From positions 6,652-70,651 of the forward strand of contig CAZJNA010000002.1 in the NCBI GenBank assembly GCA_964547325.1: a stretch of DNA of 64,000 nt. Direction: 5' to 3'. The stretch is from an uncultured Opitutaceae bacterium (GTDB taxonomy: Bacteria > Verrucomicrobiota > Verrucomicrobiia > Opitutales > Opitutaceae). Positions within the stretch are counted from its first letter, which is position 1. Each line of letters opens with the position of its first letter. Shown here one piece after another: positions 1 through 11,402 of the stretch. The translations under genes were made by a program, and so were the position numbers. The notes under the pieces are model-generated. The model was not told the DNA's origin. It was given only the letters and a program-made list of their open reading frames with translations, and did not search any database.

Positions 1-935
1 CGGCGCAGCCGCACGTCGCAGGCGGCGAGGTGCGCCGGCTGCCGCGACACGACCGCGAGGGCCACCGTGCGGGCTGTGTTCGTGAGCGGCGTGAGAACGG
101 TCTGCCAGACCGGCGCGAGGTTCGCCCAATCTCCGGGCGGAAGGCCCTCGAGGATCGTGTCAAGGGCGCCGATCTGAAGGGCGAGCCGAGCTGCAGCGCG
201 CTGCAGCTTGTCCAGTCCCCGGAGCCAGGCCTGCGGGCGGGTGGTCCCGGTCGGTGCGAGAACCGCATAGGTCTGGTCCAGGGTGGTCCTTAGGGCGGCC
301 TCCGCTTCCGCCATGCGCCGGTGGCGCTCGCCTGCGGGCGCCACCGGGTCGGGGGACATCGCGGCAAAGAGGTCGGCCACGGCCAGCCAGCTGTCCGAGA
401 CCGCCCGCCGAAGGGGATGCTGCGGGCGGAACGGCCAGAATGCCAGCTGGAGCGCCACGCCCCAGAGTCCTCCCGCAAAGGCGGCGATGAGGCGGTGCTT
501 TGCAGCCGCCGGGCCGCCCGATCCGGCGAGCCCGATGGCATACATGAGGGTTGAGGAGACTGCGATCGCCGGACCGTAGTCGCTGCTCAAGTAGCGCCAG
601 ACGCCCCCAAGGATGGCCACGACCGCCATCCCCGCGACAGCGGCGATCAAATGGGGCCCAAGGAGCCCCCCGAGTCCGGCGCATGCGGCCAGGATGGCGG
701 TGGCGGCCAGGAGGAGGCTGAAGCGAAGCCCATAGGCGCCGCGCACATCGGGCATCGCGACATTCTGGGCTGCAATCGCGGCAAACATCGCCTCGACGGG
801 CAGCCTGCCCGCGATGGCGACTAGCAGCGGCGCCATGAGGGCGAGCGTGCACCGCGTGGCGCGCCCGAGGTCGGGTCGGAGCGATTCGTTTTCTGCTAGC
901 CGGCCCAAACGCCTCAGGGAGCTGATTGCCGCCAT
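1..935 (-). CDS. FUSC/YccS-like integral membrane protein, N-terminal part (gene runs off the left edge)
   Basis: Hand translation of the minus strand from ATG at 935 gives an uninterrupted frame down to position 1 (MAAISSLRRLGRLAENESL...LMAPLLVAIAG...GLWGVALQLAFWPFRPQHPLRRAVSDSW...). It shows several hydrophobic helices followed by a helical soluble segment. It is absent from the ORF track because it is open at the edge. The 373-aa ORF 160..1281 in another frame is Arg/Pro-rich junk. Confidence 0.5.
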   Translation of the reverse strand, partial: MAAISSLRRLGRLAENESLRPDLGRATRCTLALMAPLLVAIAGRLPVEAMFAAIAAQNVAMPDVRGAYGLRFSLLLAATAILAACAGLGGLLGPHLIAAVAGMAVVAILGGVWRYLSSDYGPAIAVSSTLMYAIGLAGSGGPAAAKHRLIAAFAGGLWGVALQLAFWPFRPQHPLRRAVSDSWLAVADLFAAMSPDPVAPAGERHRRMAEAEAALRTTLDQTYAVLAPTGTTRPQAWLRGLDKLQRAAARLALQIGALDTILEGLPPGDWANLAPVWQTVLTPLTNTARTVALAVVSRQPAHLAACDVRLR

Positions 936-1057
936 GACCGAGCGATAGTGGAGCGGGCCCGATTCTCAAGTTCTGCCGGTTTGTGCCGATCCAAAGGGCT
1001 GACGGCGGTCCGGCCATTTGCCTGATCGCTCGCCGTCTTTGGCCGAATCCAGCCTCT

Positions 1058-2767
1058 ATGGCCAATGTGCTTCTGATTGACGAGAGTGACGTGGCGAGGA
1101 AAGCCCTCAAGGGGATCCTCGTGCGGGGCGGCCATCGCCTGGCGGCTGTGGGCAAGTTCGACGAGGCCTGGGAGTTCCTTCGCGCCCACGTAAAGCTGGA
1201 CCTGGTCATCATGGAACTGGGGCCGAAGACCGAGCCCGGGATGGAATTCATCAAGCGGCTCCGGAGGGATTGCTTCCTCAAGCTGCTGCCCGTTGCGATT
1301 TACACGTCGCAGGTGGACCGCGCGGCCGTGAGGGCTGCCGCGGAACTCCATGTTCAAAATTTTCTGCTCAAGCCCTATGACGACCATCACATCTATTCCG
1401 AGGTTGCCAAGGCTTTGGTGAATCCCTGGCGGCAGCGGTTTTTCGAGGAGGAGAAGTCCTTCTGCGTGCTCATGGGGATCCAGCCTGACGAGCTCCGCCG
1501 AACGCTCGGCGAGCTGCGATCGGGGTTGGAGGCTGCGGCTCCCTACCTCGTCGATTGTGCGCAAAACCAAAGCGCCGTCGGGGCGGGGTCCCGGCTGATC
1601 AAGCTCACGGCGTCGGCCGAGGAGGCCGGCGCATGGGGCGCCGTTGAATGCCTCGGCGAGCTACAGGCGAGCCTTTCGGAGAACGATTGGGATCGCTTAT
1701 CCCTGCAGATTCCCGGGCTCGAATTCGCGGCCACGCTGATCGCGATCCATCTCAACCCGGGCCACGTCCCCGAGCCCATGCTCACTGACCAGGAGCGCGA
1801 GGCGGAGCGGGAGGCCCGGGAAAAGGCGCTCTGGTTCGAGGCTGCGGCCAAGGGCCGCTGCCCGGTGGTGACCTTGGCCGATGCACAGAAGCGGCTCGAT
1901 GCGCTCGGCGGCTGCCCCGTCGTCGATTCCGCCGCCGCGATGTTTCATATGCTGGCCGACGGGCACCGCTCGAGCCTGGTTCCGATCATGGATCGGGTCG
2001 AAAAGGACCCGGGCCTTGCGGCCCAGATCCTGATTTCGGCGACCCGCCTTCGGCGCCAGGAGGACGCGGAGGCCTCACCGGTCGAGGATGTCCGGCTCGG
2101 GGTGGAGCTCCTCGGGGAGCTGAAGCTCGCGACGCTTGCAAAAGGGCTCGTGACGCTTGAGGAGCGCCTGTTGCACGCGCCCCCCTTCAACTGGCCGCGA
2201 TTCTGGATGTTCCAGATCGCGGTCGCGCGCATGTCCAGGAATGTGTGCGAATACCTCGAGCTCAACGGCATAAAGAGCAACGCGTACACGGCCGGCCTTC
2301 TCCACGACCTCGGCAAGCTGCTGGTCGCCCACCTGTACCCCTTCGGCTGGCAGGCCATCCTCGCCCATTCCCGGGAATTTGGCGTGTCCACCGCGGAGGC
2401 CGAGCGCCTTTTCCTCGGTTGCACGGCCCGGGAACTCGCGGACCATTTTGCCCTCAAGCATGGCCTTCCGGATTGCTTCCGCCATGTCATGCGCTCGTTG
2501 GAGACTCCGGACGAGGCCGAGGACGACCATGAGCTCGTGGCGGTCGTCGGCCTCGCCCGGGACCTTTGCCGGCGCAATCATGTGGGGCACGACGGCGACC
2601 AGCCCCATGGCCACGGGCCGTCCCTCGAGGACACCCGCGCCTGGGTTGTCCTTGCTCCCCGGGTATTCCCGAGCTTTCGGTGGGACCAGTTCGAGGAGCA
2701 GATGCACGCCTCCTGCCAGGACATCAAGAAGGAGCTCCATGGCTGGCTGGAAGCCCCGGCGGTCTAG
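1058..2767 (+). CDS. Response regulator receiver domain fused to an HDOD signalling domain
   Basis: N-terminus MANVLLIDESDVARKALKGIL...LDLVIMEL is CheY-like. The C-terminal half with LLHDLGKLLVAH is HDOD-like. ATG at 1058 was chosen over the upstream track start at 983. Confidence 0.8.
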   Translation: MANVLLIDESDVARKALKGILVRGGHRLAAVGKFDEAWEFLRAHVKLDLVIMELGPKTEPGMEFIKRLRRDCFLKLLPVAIYTSQVDRAAVRAAAELHVQNFLLKPYDDHHIYSEVAKALVNPWRQRFFEEEKSFCVLMGIQPDELRRTLGELRSGLEAAAPYLVDCAQNQSAVGAGSRLIKLTASAEEAGAWGAVECLGELQASLSENDWDRLSLQIPGLEFAATLIAIHLNPGHVPEPMLTDQEREAEREAREKALWFEAAAKGRCPVVTLADAQKRLDALGGCPVVDSAAAMFHMLADGHRSSLVPIMDRVEKDPGLAAQILISATRLRRQEDAEASPVEDVRLGVELLGELKLATLAKGLVTLEERLLHAPPFNWPRFWMFQIAVARMSRNVCEYLELNGIKSNAYTAGLLHDLGKLLVAHLYPFGWQAILAHSREFGVSTAEAERLFLGCTARELADHFALKHGLPDCFRHVMRSLETPDEAEDDHELVAVVGLARDLCRRNHVGHDGDQPHGHGPSLEDTRAWVVLAPRVFPSFRWDQFEEQMHASCQDIKKELHGWLEAPAV

Positions 2768-2772
2768 CCCGT

Positions 2773-3849
2773 TCAGACATAGATCCCGCCGCCGAGAAGC
2801 CGATCCTCCTCGTAGAGCGCCAGGATCTGGCCGCTAGCGAGCGCGCGCTGCGGGTCCGCGAAGCGGACGACAGCGCTGCCCGGGCCCTCGGGGATGAACC
2901 GAAGCCGCACGCGCGGGTCGCGGTAGCGCACTCGCCCCTCCAAGGGGCCCTCGCCGGGGGCCAGCCCGCCGGTCCAGCTGAGCCCGTGCACCCGGATCTC
3001 CTTCTGGAACAGGCCGGGCGTTCCGGGCTGGTCAAAGGCGATCAGGAGCGCGTTGTCCGACGCGCGCTTTCCCACGACCACGTAACGCTCGCGCTCGGTG
3101 TTCGACGGCACGCCGATGCCCCGGCGCTGGCCCAGCGTGTAGAAGTGCAGGCCGCGGTGGCGGCCCATCTCGCGCGAGTCGCCGGCGCGGAGGATGGGCC
3201 CCGGGCGATCCGGGACGTATGTCCGAAGAAAGTCCCGCATCTTCACCTGGCCGATGAAGCAGATGCCCTGGCTGTCCTTTTTTCCGGCGTTGGCCAGGCC
3301 GGCCTCCCGTGCAAGGCGGCGGACTTCCGGCTTCACCAGTCCGCCAAGGGGAAAGCGCGCTGAGCGGACCTGATCCGGACCGAGGAGCGCGAGGAAGTAG
3401 GACTGGTCCTTGTTCCTGTCCGCGCCTTCGAAGATGACGGGGTCGGGGCCCGGCCCTCTCCGTGCGTAGTGCCCCGTCGCCACCGCGCCGAAGCCGTGTT
3501 CGAGCGCCCAGGCCCGGAACACGCCGAACTTGATCTCCCGATTGCACATGACGTCCGGATTGGGAGTCAGGCCCCTCGCATAGCCTTCGAGCAGGTGCTG
3601 CACGATCCGCTCGCGGTAGTCGCGCATGAGATTGACCACCTGGAAGTCGATGCCGATCCGCTCGGCGCTCCGGCGGGCATCCTCGATGTCGTCCTCCCAG
3701 GGGCAGCGGCCGATGACGCCTTCCTCGTTGATCCAGTTCTTCATGTACGCGCCCGCGACATCGTGGCCCGCCTCCTTGAGAAGGAGGGCGGCGACGGAGC
3801 TGTCTACTCCCCCCGACATGGCTACGAGGATCTTTTCGCGGGACGGCAT
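2773..3849 (-). CDS. mnmA: tRNA-specific 2-thiouridylase
   Basis: [27 protein letters not shown]-loop motif, and MnmA-like along the full length. ATG at 3849; the longer track ORF to 4182 is an N-terminal over-extension. Confidence 0.9.
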   Translation of the reverse strand: MPSREKILVAMSGGVDSSVAALLLKEAGHDVAGAYMKNWINEEGVIGRCPWEDDIEDARRSAERIGIDFQVVNLMRDYRERIVQHLLEGYARGLTPNPDVMCNREIKFGVFRAWALEHGFGAVATGHYARRGPGPDPVIFEGADRNKDQSYFLALLGPDQVRSARFPLGGLVKPEVRRLAREAGLANAGKKDSQGICFIGQVKMRDFLRTYVPDRPGPILRAGDSREMGRHRGLHFYTLGQRRGIGVPSNTERERYVVVGKRASDNALLIAFDQPGTPGLFQKEIRVHGLSWTGGLAPGEGPLEGRVRYRDPRVRLRFIPEGPGSAVVRFADPQRALASGQILALYEEDRLLGGGIYV

Positions 3850-3940
3850 GGTAACGGCTTTGGATCGAGCATGGACCAACCCGGCCCGCGGCTCAATTCG
3901 TTCTCGCGCCTCCCTCGGGTAATTCCATTTTGAACCCTCT

Positions 3941-6376
3941 GTGGCCGACTCTCCCCCCCGCCTCATCCGCGCCTGGCTCGACTCGCTTTCGTCGGGAATA
4001 GCGGAGTTCAACTGCGACTGGAGCGGCCAGACCGCGCCCTGGCTCAAGCTGGGCGACGGGCCGGCGGATATCCTGGAGCAGGCGCCCGCCCCGGGGATGG
4101 CGGCCAGCCGGGCCTTTGGATACTTCTCGTACCAGCCGGGCGAACTCGCCTTCGTCTTTCCCCTCGAGCATGGCTGCGACATAGATCCGGCCCGCGACCG
4201 CGTCTATGTCGCCGGCGACTTCAACGGCTGGCAGCAGGCCGTCGGCAACCCGGAATGGGAGCTCATACCCGCGGAGCTCGACGGCGAGCGTGTGCTGCGG
4301 TGGAGCGGGCCCGTTGCCAAGGTTTACTGGCCGACGATCCAGCGTTTCAAGTTTGCGACCGGGGACAACCTCTGGCTCGGCGTGCCGGACGATGCGTCAA
4401 ACTCCGTGCGGGACGCGGGCGGCAACACCAACCGTCTCCTCGACCCGGCCCGGACGGGGCGGCATCTCTGGCATTTCAAGCTAGGGCGCCCCATCGACCT
4501 GGCCGAACGCTGGGCGCTTCTTGCCGGCGCCGACCGCGTTCCCCTGGTCCCGGGCAGCTTCTTCTACGATCTCGCGACGGATCTCCCGCTCGGCGCGATC
4601 ACCTCGCCGGAGGAGACGATTTTCCGCCTCTTCGCGCCGCGGGCCCGCCGCGTGACGCTATGCGTCTGCGCCGAGCTTTCCGATCAGGACAAGCCCCACG
4701 TCTTTGAGCTCGGGCGCAGGTCCGCCCCCGGGGAGGGCATGGTCTGGGAGGTCGTTCTCGACCAGAACATGCGCGGCTGGTTCTACTGGTACCTCCTCGA
4801 CGGCGTGCGCGACGGGCCCGGCAGGTTCGAGCCCGCAGCCCGCGTCCTCGACCCCTACGCCCTGGCGGCCGTCGACCGAGGCGGCCCCGGAATCGTCCTC
4901 GAGCGGGAATGGATAGGCGCCGGGCATCGCGACTTCGCGACGCCGGACTGGCAGGACCTGGTGATCGCCGAGGCGCATGTGCGCGACCTGACGGCCAACG
5001 CGCCCGTGCCGGCGACCCCGGAGGAGCGGCGCGGCTTCACCGGCCTGCGTCGGTGGGTCGAGAGCCCGGAATTCTACCTGCGCCGGCTCGGGGTGAACTG
5101 CGTCGAGCTCCAGCCGGTGCAGGAATTCGATAACCGGACAACCGAGGAATACCACTGGGGCTACATGACCAACAACTACTTCGCGCTGGAGAGCAGCTAT
5201 TCGCTCTCCCCAGCGGATGCCTCGGGAGTGCGCGAATTTCAGGCTTTGGTCGCGGCCCTGCACCGGCGGGGGATGGCCGTCCTGCTCGATGTCGTCTACA
5301 ACCACGTCGGCGACCCGGCACATCTCATGCTGATCGACCGCATCTACTATTTCGAGCAGGATGCGAAGGGCGAACTGGCCTCCTGGAGCGGCTGCGGCAA
5401 TGACGTGCGCGCCGGCGCCGCCATGGCGCGGCGCCTGATTATCGACAGCTGCGCGCACCTGATCGAGGCGTACGGGGTGGACGGGTTCCGCTTTGACCTG
5501 GCCGAGCTGCTTGGCGTGGAGGCCCTGCGCGAGATCGAGCGCGCCCTCAAGCGCGTGAAGCCCGATGTCATCCTGATCGCCGAACCCTGGAGCTTCCGCG
5601 GCCACATCGCGGGCGCCCTGCGCAACACCGGATGGTCGTCATGGAACGATGGATACCGGGACTTCGTCCGCGGCTACGTCCGTGGCGGCGGGGGCGCCGA
5701 CCGCCTGGAGTACTTCATGCGCGGCTCCCCCTGGTACTACGCCAAGTGGCCGGCCCAGACCGTGAACTACACGGAGTCCCATGACGACCGGACCTGGATC
5801 GACGCGATCACCGAGAACCCCGGCAACAACGGCTTCGTCCCGACGGAGAACGACCGCCGCAGGACGCACCTCATGGCGGCCATCCTCTTCATGTCGATCG
5901 GAATACCGATGGTGGCCGAGGGGCAGGATTTTCTGCGCTCGAAGCAGGGCGTCAACAACACCTACCAGCGCGGCGACCTGAACGCCCTCGACTACCACTT
6001 GCTCGAGCACCGCATGGACACGCACGCGTACTTTGCCGACTGGATCGCGTTTCGCCTCGGCACCCGGGGCCGGCTTCTGCGGCAGTTCTCGCGTCCCGCG
6101 GAGGCCTTCTTCGAGTTCTTTCGGCTTCCCGGCGGCGGCTCGCCCCTGGCCGCGGTGTACAACGCCGACGGCTCCGCCGGTCCGGTCCGGCTTCTTTTCG
6201 CGGTCAATCCGACGACCGATTCAGTCGCCATTCCGGTCGGTAAGTCCGTCGCGGGAACCTGGCGGCAACTGGCCGATTCCGAGCGCTTCCTGCCGGCCAG
6301 GGGGCAGAAATCCTGGAAAATCGCCAGGCAGATCGTGCTGCCGGCGCTCAGCTGCGGACTCTGGGTGGACGAGTAG
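3941..6376 (+). CDS. GH13 debranching enzyme (pullulanase/GlgX-like) with CBM48-type N-domain
   Basis: Conserved GH13 regions are present: [32 protein letters not shown]. An E-set-like [15 protein letters not shown] lies upstream. The start is uncertain (GTG 3941, or ATG 4097). Confidence 0.8.
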   Translation: MADSPPRLIRAWLDSLSSGIAEFNCDWSGQTAPWLKLGDGPADILEQAPAPGMAASRAFGYFSYQPGELAFVFPLEHGCDIDPARDRVYVAGDFNGWQQAVGNPEWELIPAELDGERVLRWSGPVAKVYWPTIQRFKFATGDNLWLGVPDDASNSVRDAGGNTNRLLDPARTGRHLWHFKLGRPIDLAERWALLAGADRVPLVPGSFFYDLATDLPLGAITSPEETIFRLFAPRARRVTLCVCAELSDQDKPHVFELGRRSAPGEGMVWEVVLDQNMRGWFYWYLLDGVRDGPGRFEPAARVLDPYALAAVDRGGPGIVLEREWIGAGHRDFATPDWQDLVIAEAHVRDLTANAPVPATPEERRGFTGLRRWVESPEFYLRRLGVNCVELQPVQEFDNRTTEEYHWGYMTNNYFALESSYSLSPADASGVREFQALVAALHRRGMAVLLDVVYNHVGDPAHLMLIDRIYYFEQDAKGELASWSGCGNDVRAGAAMARRLIIDSCAHLIEAYGVDGFRFDLAELLGVEALREIERALKRVKPDVILIAEPWSFRGHIAGALRNTGWSSWNDGYRDFVRGYVRGGGGADRLEYFMRGSPWYYAKWPAQTVNYTESHDDRTWIDAITENPGNNGFVPTENDRRRTHLMAAILFMSIGIPMVAEGQDFLRSKQGVNNTYQRGDLNALDYHLLEHRMDTHAYFADWIAFRLGTRGRLLRQFSRPAEAFFEFFRLPGGGSPLAAVYNADGSAGPVRLLFAVNPTTDSVAIPVGKSVAGTWRQLADSERFLPARGQKSWKIARQIVLPALSCGLWVDE

Positions 6377-6487
6377 ATGCGCCCTGCAGCAAAACCACCT
6401 TGCCAACCCGCGGAGCCGCGGCTTCCTTGTCCGTCTTCGCGCCCGCGCGGAGCCCTCACCGTAAATCAGAAAACAACACATACCTAA

Positions 6488-7546
<1,059 letters not shown>

Positions 7547-7551
7547 GGCCG

Positions 7552-8796
7552 ATGCCGAAGTTCAAGACCATCCGCGACCTCGACCTCGCCGGCCGCCGGG
7601 TCCTCCTGCGCGTCGATTTCAACGTCCCGCAGGACAAGGCTACGGGAGCCATCACGAACAACCAGCGCATCGTCGCTGCACTTCCCACGATCGCCTATGC
7701 CCTGGAGAAGGGGGCCTCGGTCGTCCTTATGAGCCATCTCGGACGGCCCGACGGCCAGCGGAACGCGAAATTTTCGCTGAAGCCGGTCGCCGCCGAGCTC
7801 GAAAAGCTGCTCGCCCGGCCCGTCGCGTTCCTCGACGACTGCGTCGGTCCGGAGGTCGAGGCCGCCTGCGCCCGCCTCGCGCCCGGTTCCATCGTCCTCC
7901 TCGAAAACCTCCGCTTTCACATCGAGGAGGAGGGCAAGGTGAAGCTCGAGGACGGCACCTCAAGGAAGGCCGACCCGAAGGCTGTCGAGGCATTCCGGGC
8001 CAGCCTTTCGGGGCTCGGCGACGTCTACGTGAACGACGCCTTCGGCACCGCCCACAGGGCCCATTCCTCGATGGTGGGGGTGTCCCTCCCGCAGAAGGCC
8101 GCCGGTTTTCTCATGGAGGCGGAGTTGAACGCCTTCGCATCCGTCCTGGAAACCCCCCGGCGCCCGCTCCTTGCGATCCTCGGAGGCGCCAAGATCGCCG
8201 ACAAGATTCCGCTCATCAGGAACCTCCTCGAGAAGGCGGACGAGATCATCATCGGCGGCGGCATGGCGTACACCTTCAAGAAGGTCATCGACGGGATGGC
8301 GATCGGCGACAGCCTGTTCGACCCGGAAGGGGCGAAGATCGTCGGCGAACTTGCGGCGCAGGCCCGCGCCAAGGGCGTCAATCTCGTCTTCCCGGTCGAC
8401 TACGTCTGCGCGAACCGCTTCGCGCCCGACGCCGACACGCAGCCGGCGGACGACGCGTCCGGAATTCCCGCGGGCTGGATGGGGCTGGACGCCGGGCCGA
8501 AATCGGTCGCCCTGTACCGCAGCGCCATATTGCGGGCGAAGACGATCGTCTGGAACGGCCCCTCGGGCGTCTTCGAATTCGAGAAGTTTGCGGGATCGAC
8601 CAGGGCGATGGCGCAGGCGATCGCCGAGGCCACCGCGGGCGGCGCGACGACGATCGTCGGCGGCGGGGACACGGCCACGGCGGCCAAGAAATTCAAGGTG
8701 GCCGACAAGGTCACCCACTGTTCGACGGGCGGCGGGGCGAGCCTCGAGTACCTCGAAGGGAAAACATTGCCCGGGGTCGCATTTCTGGAATCGTAA
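7552..8796 (+). CDS. pgk: Phosphoglycerate kinase
   Basis: [26 protein letters not shown], with PGK similarity along the full length. ATG at 7552, 6 nt after the gap stop. Confidence 0.95.
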   Translation: MPKFKTIRDLDLAGRRVLLRVDFNVPQDKATGAITNNQRIVAALPTIAYALEKGASVVLMSHLGRPDGQRNAKFSLKPVAAELEKLLARPVAFLDDCVGPEVEAACARLAPGSIVLLENLRFHIEEEGKVKLEDGTSRKADPKAVEAFRASLSGLGDVYVNDAFGTAHRAHSSMVGVSLPQKAAGFLMEAELNAFASVLETPRRPLLAILGGAKIADKIPLIRNLLEKADEIIIGGGMAYTFKKVIDGMAIGDSLFDPEGAKIVGELAAQARAKGVNLVFPVDYVCANRFAPDADTQPADDASGIPAGWMGLDAGPKSVALYRSAILRAKTIVWNGPSGVFEFEKFAGSTRAMAQAIAEATAGGATTIVGGGDTATAAKKFKVADKVTHCSTGGGASLEYLEGKTLPGVAFLES

Positions 8797-8813
8797 AGGC
8801 TCCGACCCATCCC

Positions 8814-9581
8814 ATGTCACCGCGCAAAAAGCTGATCGCTGGCAACTGGAAGATGAACAAGACGGCGGCGGACGGCCTCGCGCTGGCCCAGGAGCTTGTC
8901 GTGGCCGTCGGCCGCCAGCCCTCGGTGGACGTCGTGGTCTGCCCGCCTTTCACCGCGCTCGAGAGCGTGGCGAAGGCCATCGACGGATCGCTGGTCAAGC
9001 TCGGCGCCCAAAACCTTCATCCCGAGGCTTCCGGTGCCTTTACGGGCGAAGTCTCCGCGCCCATGCTCCGCGCCCTCTTCGTCACCCACGTCATCCTCGG
9101 GCACAGCGAACGGCGGACGCTCTTCGGCGAGACCGACGCCTTCATCAACCTGAAGGTCCTTGCCGCGCTCAAGAACCAGCTCCGCCCGATCCTCTGCGTC
9201 GGCGAGCTGCTGGCCGAGCGCGAGGAGGGAAACACCCTCAAGGTGGTGCAGGCCCAGACGGAGCGCTGCCTCGAGGGGGTCGGCAAGGAGCAGGCCGCGA
9301 GCCTGGTGGTCGCCTATGAGCCCGTCTGGGCAATCGGGACTGGAAAGGTCGCGACGGCCGAGCAGGCGCAGGAGGTGCACGCCTTCATCCGGGGCCTGCT
9401 GGCGAAGCTTTTCACCGATCCGGTCGCGCAGCGTGTGAGGATACTCTACGGCGGCTCGATGAAGCCCGCCAACGCGGCCGAACTCCTCGGACAAAAGGAC
9501 ATAGACGGCGGCCTGATCGGCGGCGCCAGCCTCGAGGCCCGGAGCTTCCTGGATCTCGTTTCGGCCGCCGCCGCGGCCTAG
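8814..9581 (+). CDS. tpiA: Triosephosphate isomerase
   Basis: LIAGNWKMNKT, GHSERR and AYEPVWAIGTG motifs. Confidence 0.95.
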   Translation: MSPRKKLIAGNWKMNKTAADGLALAQELVVAVGRQPSVDVVVCPPFTALESVAKAIDGSLVKLGAQNLHPEASGAFTGEVSAPMLRALFVTHVILGHSERRTLFGETDAFINLKVLAALKNQLRPILCVGELLAEREEGNTLKVVQAQTERCLEGVGKEQAASLVVAYEPVWAIGTGKVATAEQAQEVHAFIRGLLAKLFTDPVAQRVRILYGGSMKPANAAELLGQKDIDGGLIGGASLEARSFLDLVSAAAAA

Positions 9582-9674
9582 CAGATTTTTCAACAGCCTG
9601 CTAGCTGCGCCAAGAATCGGGTGGACAACCGGCCGGCGGGAGCATTCAATTTCCACCCGATCGTCACTCCCATC

Positions 9675-9749
9675 ATGTCGCCCCGCTCCCCCATTATCTT
9701 CGGCATTATCATCATTCCCGGCCGCCCCGGGGAGGCGCTGATGGCGTAG
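9675..9749 (+). CDS. Candidate Ile-rich leader peptide (24 aa, MSPRSPIIFGIIIIPGRPGEALMA)
   Basis: ATG 9675 to TAG 9747-9749. Six of 24 codons are Ile, four of them consecutive (9705-9716). It lies between tpiA and cimA and immediately upstream of a terminator hairpin. Confidence 0.55.
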   Translation: MSPRSPIIFGIIIIPGRPGEALMA

Positions 9750-9782
9750 TCGGATCCGAGCCGATCAAACCAACCGCTTCCG

Positions 9783-9821
9783 ACCCCGGGCCGAATTTCG
9801 ATGCCCGGGGTTTTTCTTTTT
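9783..9821 (+). terminator. Intrinsic terminator / attenuator hairpin directly abutting the cimA start codon
   Basis: CCCCGGGC (9784-9791) pairs with GCCCGGGG (9803-9810) across an 11-nt loop. It is followed by TTTTTCTTTTT (9811-9821), and the cimA ATG is at 9822. Confidence 0.65.
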
Positions 9822-11402
9822 ATGAGCAAAAATCCCGTGAAAATCTACGACACGACCCTCCGCGATGGAACGCAGGGCGAGGGGATCAGCTTTTCCGTGA
9901 CCGACAAGCTCCTGGTCGTCGAGAAGCTGGACCAGTTCGGCGTGGACTACATCGAGGGAGGGTTCCCCGGATCCAATCCCCGGGACATCGCCTTCTTCGC
10001 CGAGGCCCGGACGCTCAAGCTTCGCCATGCCCGCCTGGCCGCCTTCGGTTCGACGCGGAGGGCGGGGGTCAAGCCTGGGGACGACGCGCAGCTTCGGACC
10101 CTGCTCGAGAGCGGCATGCCCGTCCTCACGCTGGTCGGCAAGACCTGGCTCCTCCACGTTCGGGAGATCCTTCGCACGACTCCGGAGGAAAACCTGGCGA
10201 TGATCGAGGACTCGGTCCGGCATCTCGTCTCCGAGGGCCGGGAGGTCGTCTATGACGCGGAGCACTTTTTCGACGGCTACCTGGATGATCCCGACTATGC
10301 CCTGCGCACGCTTGAGGCGGCGGCGCGCGGCGGCGCGAGCAACCTCTCGCTCTGCGAGACAAACGGCGGCAAGCTCGTGCCCGAGGTCGAGCGCATCACG
10401 GCGGCCGTCGTGGCGCGCTTCGGCCGCGACAAGGTGGGGATCCACTGCCATAACGACAGCGGCCTGGGCGTCGCGGTCACCCTCGCCGGCGTCCAGGCGG
10501 GAGCCGCGCTGGTCCAGGGGACGATGAACGGCTATGGGGAGCGCGTCGGGAACGCCAACCTGACGACGATCCTTCCCAACCTCTTCCTCAAGATGGGCTG
10601 CACCGCGCCGTGCGCGGCCAACCTGGCCCAGCTCCGGGACCTCTCGCTCTTCTTCGACGAGCTCGCCAACCTGAGGCCCGATCCCAAGGCGCCGTTTGTC
10701 GGCCAGTCCGCCTTCGCGCACAAGGGCGGGCTCCACGCCAACGCCGCGCAGAAGGTCGCCCGCAGCTACGAGCACATCGATCCGGGCCTGGTCGGCAACC
10801 GGACGCGCGTCCTCGTCTCCGACATGGCCGGCCGGAGCAGCCTCGCCCTCAAGGCCCGCGAGCTCGGCCTCGAGCTCGACGAGAAGCGCCCCGAGATGAA
10901 GGGCCTGATCGAGGAATTGAAGGAGAGGGAATTCCGCGGCTACGAGTACGAGGCCGCCGACGCCTCGTTCAAGCTGCTCGTTGCGAAGTGGCTCGGCCAT
11001 CGCCCGTCGTTCTTCGAGGTCGACGGCTACCGCGTGATCATCGAGCGCCACGACGGGCAGCTCTGGGCCGAGGCCACTGTCAAGCTGCGGATAGGCGGCG
11101 AATCCGTCCACACGGTCGCGGAATCGACGGGACCCGTCGGCGCCCTCGACCTCGCGCTTCGCAGGGCCCTCGAAAAGACCTATCCGCGGCTCCGCGAGAT
11201 GTCGCTTCGCGACTACAAGGTTCGGATCCTGGACAGCAACCAGGGCGCCGCTGCGCGCACGCGCGTCTTCGTCGAGAGCGGGGACGGCACCGCGATCTGG
11301 GCCACGGTGGGCGTGAGCGACAACGTCATCGATGCGAGCTGGGAAGCGCTCCGCGACGCCGTGGAGTACATGCTCACAATAAAGGCGCCAGAAGCCGGCT
11401 GA
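9822..11402 (+). CDS. cimA: (R)-citramalate synthase (LeuA/CimA family with C-terminal regulatory domain)
   Basis: MSKNPVKIYDTTLRDGTQGEGISFSVTDKLLVVEKLDQFGVDYIEGGFPGSNPRD matches the CimA-type N-terminus as I recall it from Geobacter CimA. A LeuA-dimer-like C-terminus is present. The track start at 9801 lies inside the terminator stem and was rejected. Confidence 0.8.
   Translation: MSKNPVKIYDTTLRDGTQGEGISFSVTDKLLVVEKLDQFGVDYIEGGFPGSNPRDIAFFAEARTLKLRHARLAAFGSTRRAGVKPGDDAQLRTLLESGMPVLTLVGKTWLLHVREILRTTPEENLAMIEDSVRHLVSEGREVVYDAEHFFDGYLDDPDYALRTLEAAARGGASNLSLCETNGGKLVPEVERITAAVVARFGRDKVGIHCHNDSGLGVAVTLAGVQAGAALVQGTMNGYGERVGNANLTTILPNLFLKMGCTAPCAANLAQLRDLSLFFDELANLRPDPKAPFVGQSAFAHKGGLHANAAQKVARSYEHIDPGLVGNRTRVLVSDMAGRSSLALKARELGLELDEKRPEMKGLIEELKEREFRGYEYEAADASFKLLVAKWLGHRPSFFEVDGYRVIIERHDGQLWAEATVKLRIGGESVHTVAESTGPVGALDLALRRALEKTYPRLREMSLRDYKVRILDSNQGAAARTRVFVESGDGTAIWATVGVSDNVIDASWEALRDAVEYMLTIKAPEAG

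Noticed and set aside
160-1281. 373-aa minus-strand ORF at the left edge
   Set aside because: The composition is Arg/Pro/Gly-rich with no recognisable motif. A different minus-strand frame (ATG 935 to the edge) gives a coherent membrane protein, and the region above 1058 belongs to the plus-strand response regulator.
9582-9674. Expected secG downstream of tpiA
   Set aside because: No membrane-protein-like ORF is present on either strand. The only short ORF is the Ile-rich leader, and the 79-aa minus-strand ORF 9590..9829 spans the terminator and has no supporting features.
9801-9821. Upstream ATG at 9801 as the cimA start (MPGVFLFMSK...)
   Set aside because: These codons are the 3' arm of the terminator stem and its T-tract. 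Homologous CimA proteins begin close to the KIYDTTLRDGTQ motif, which fits ATG 9822.
11374-11402. 29-bp convergent overlap of the cimA and cls 3' ends
   Set aside because: The overlap is real in the sequence, but short convergent overlaps are common in compact genomes. There is no associated structure or motif that suggests regulation.
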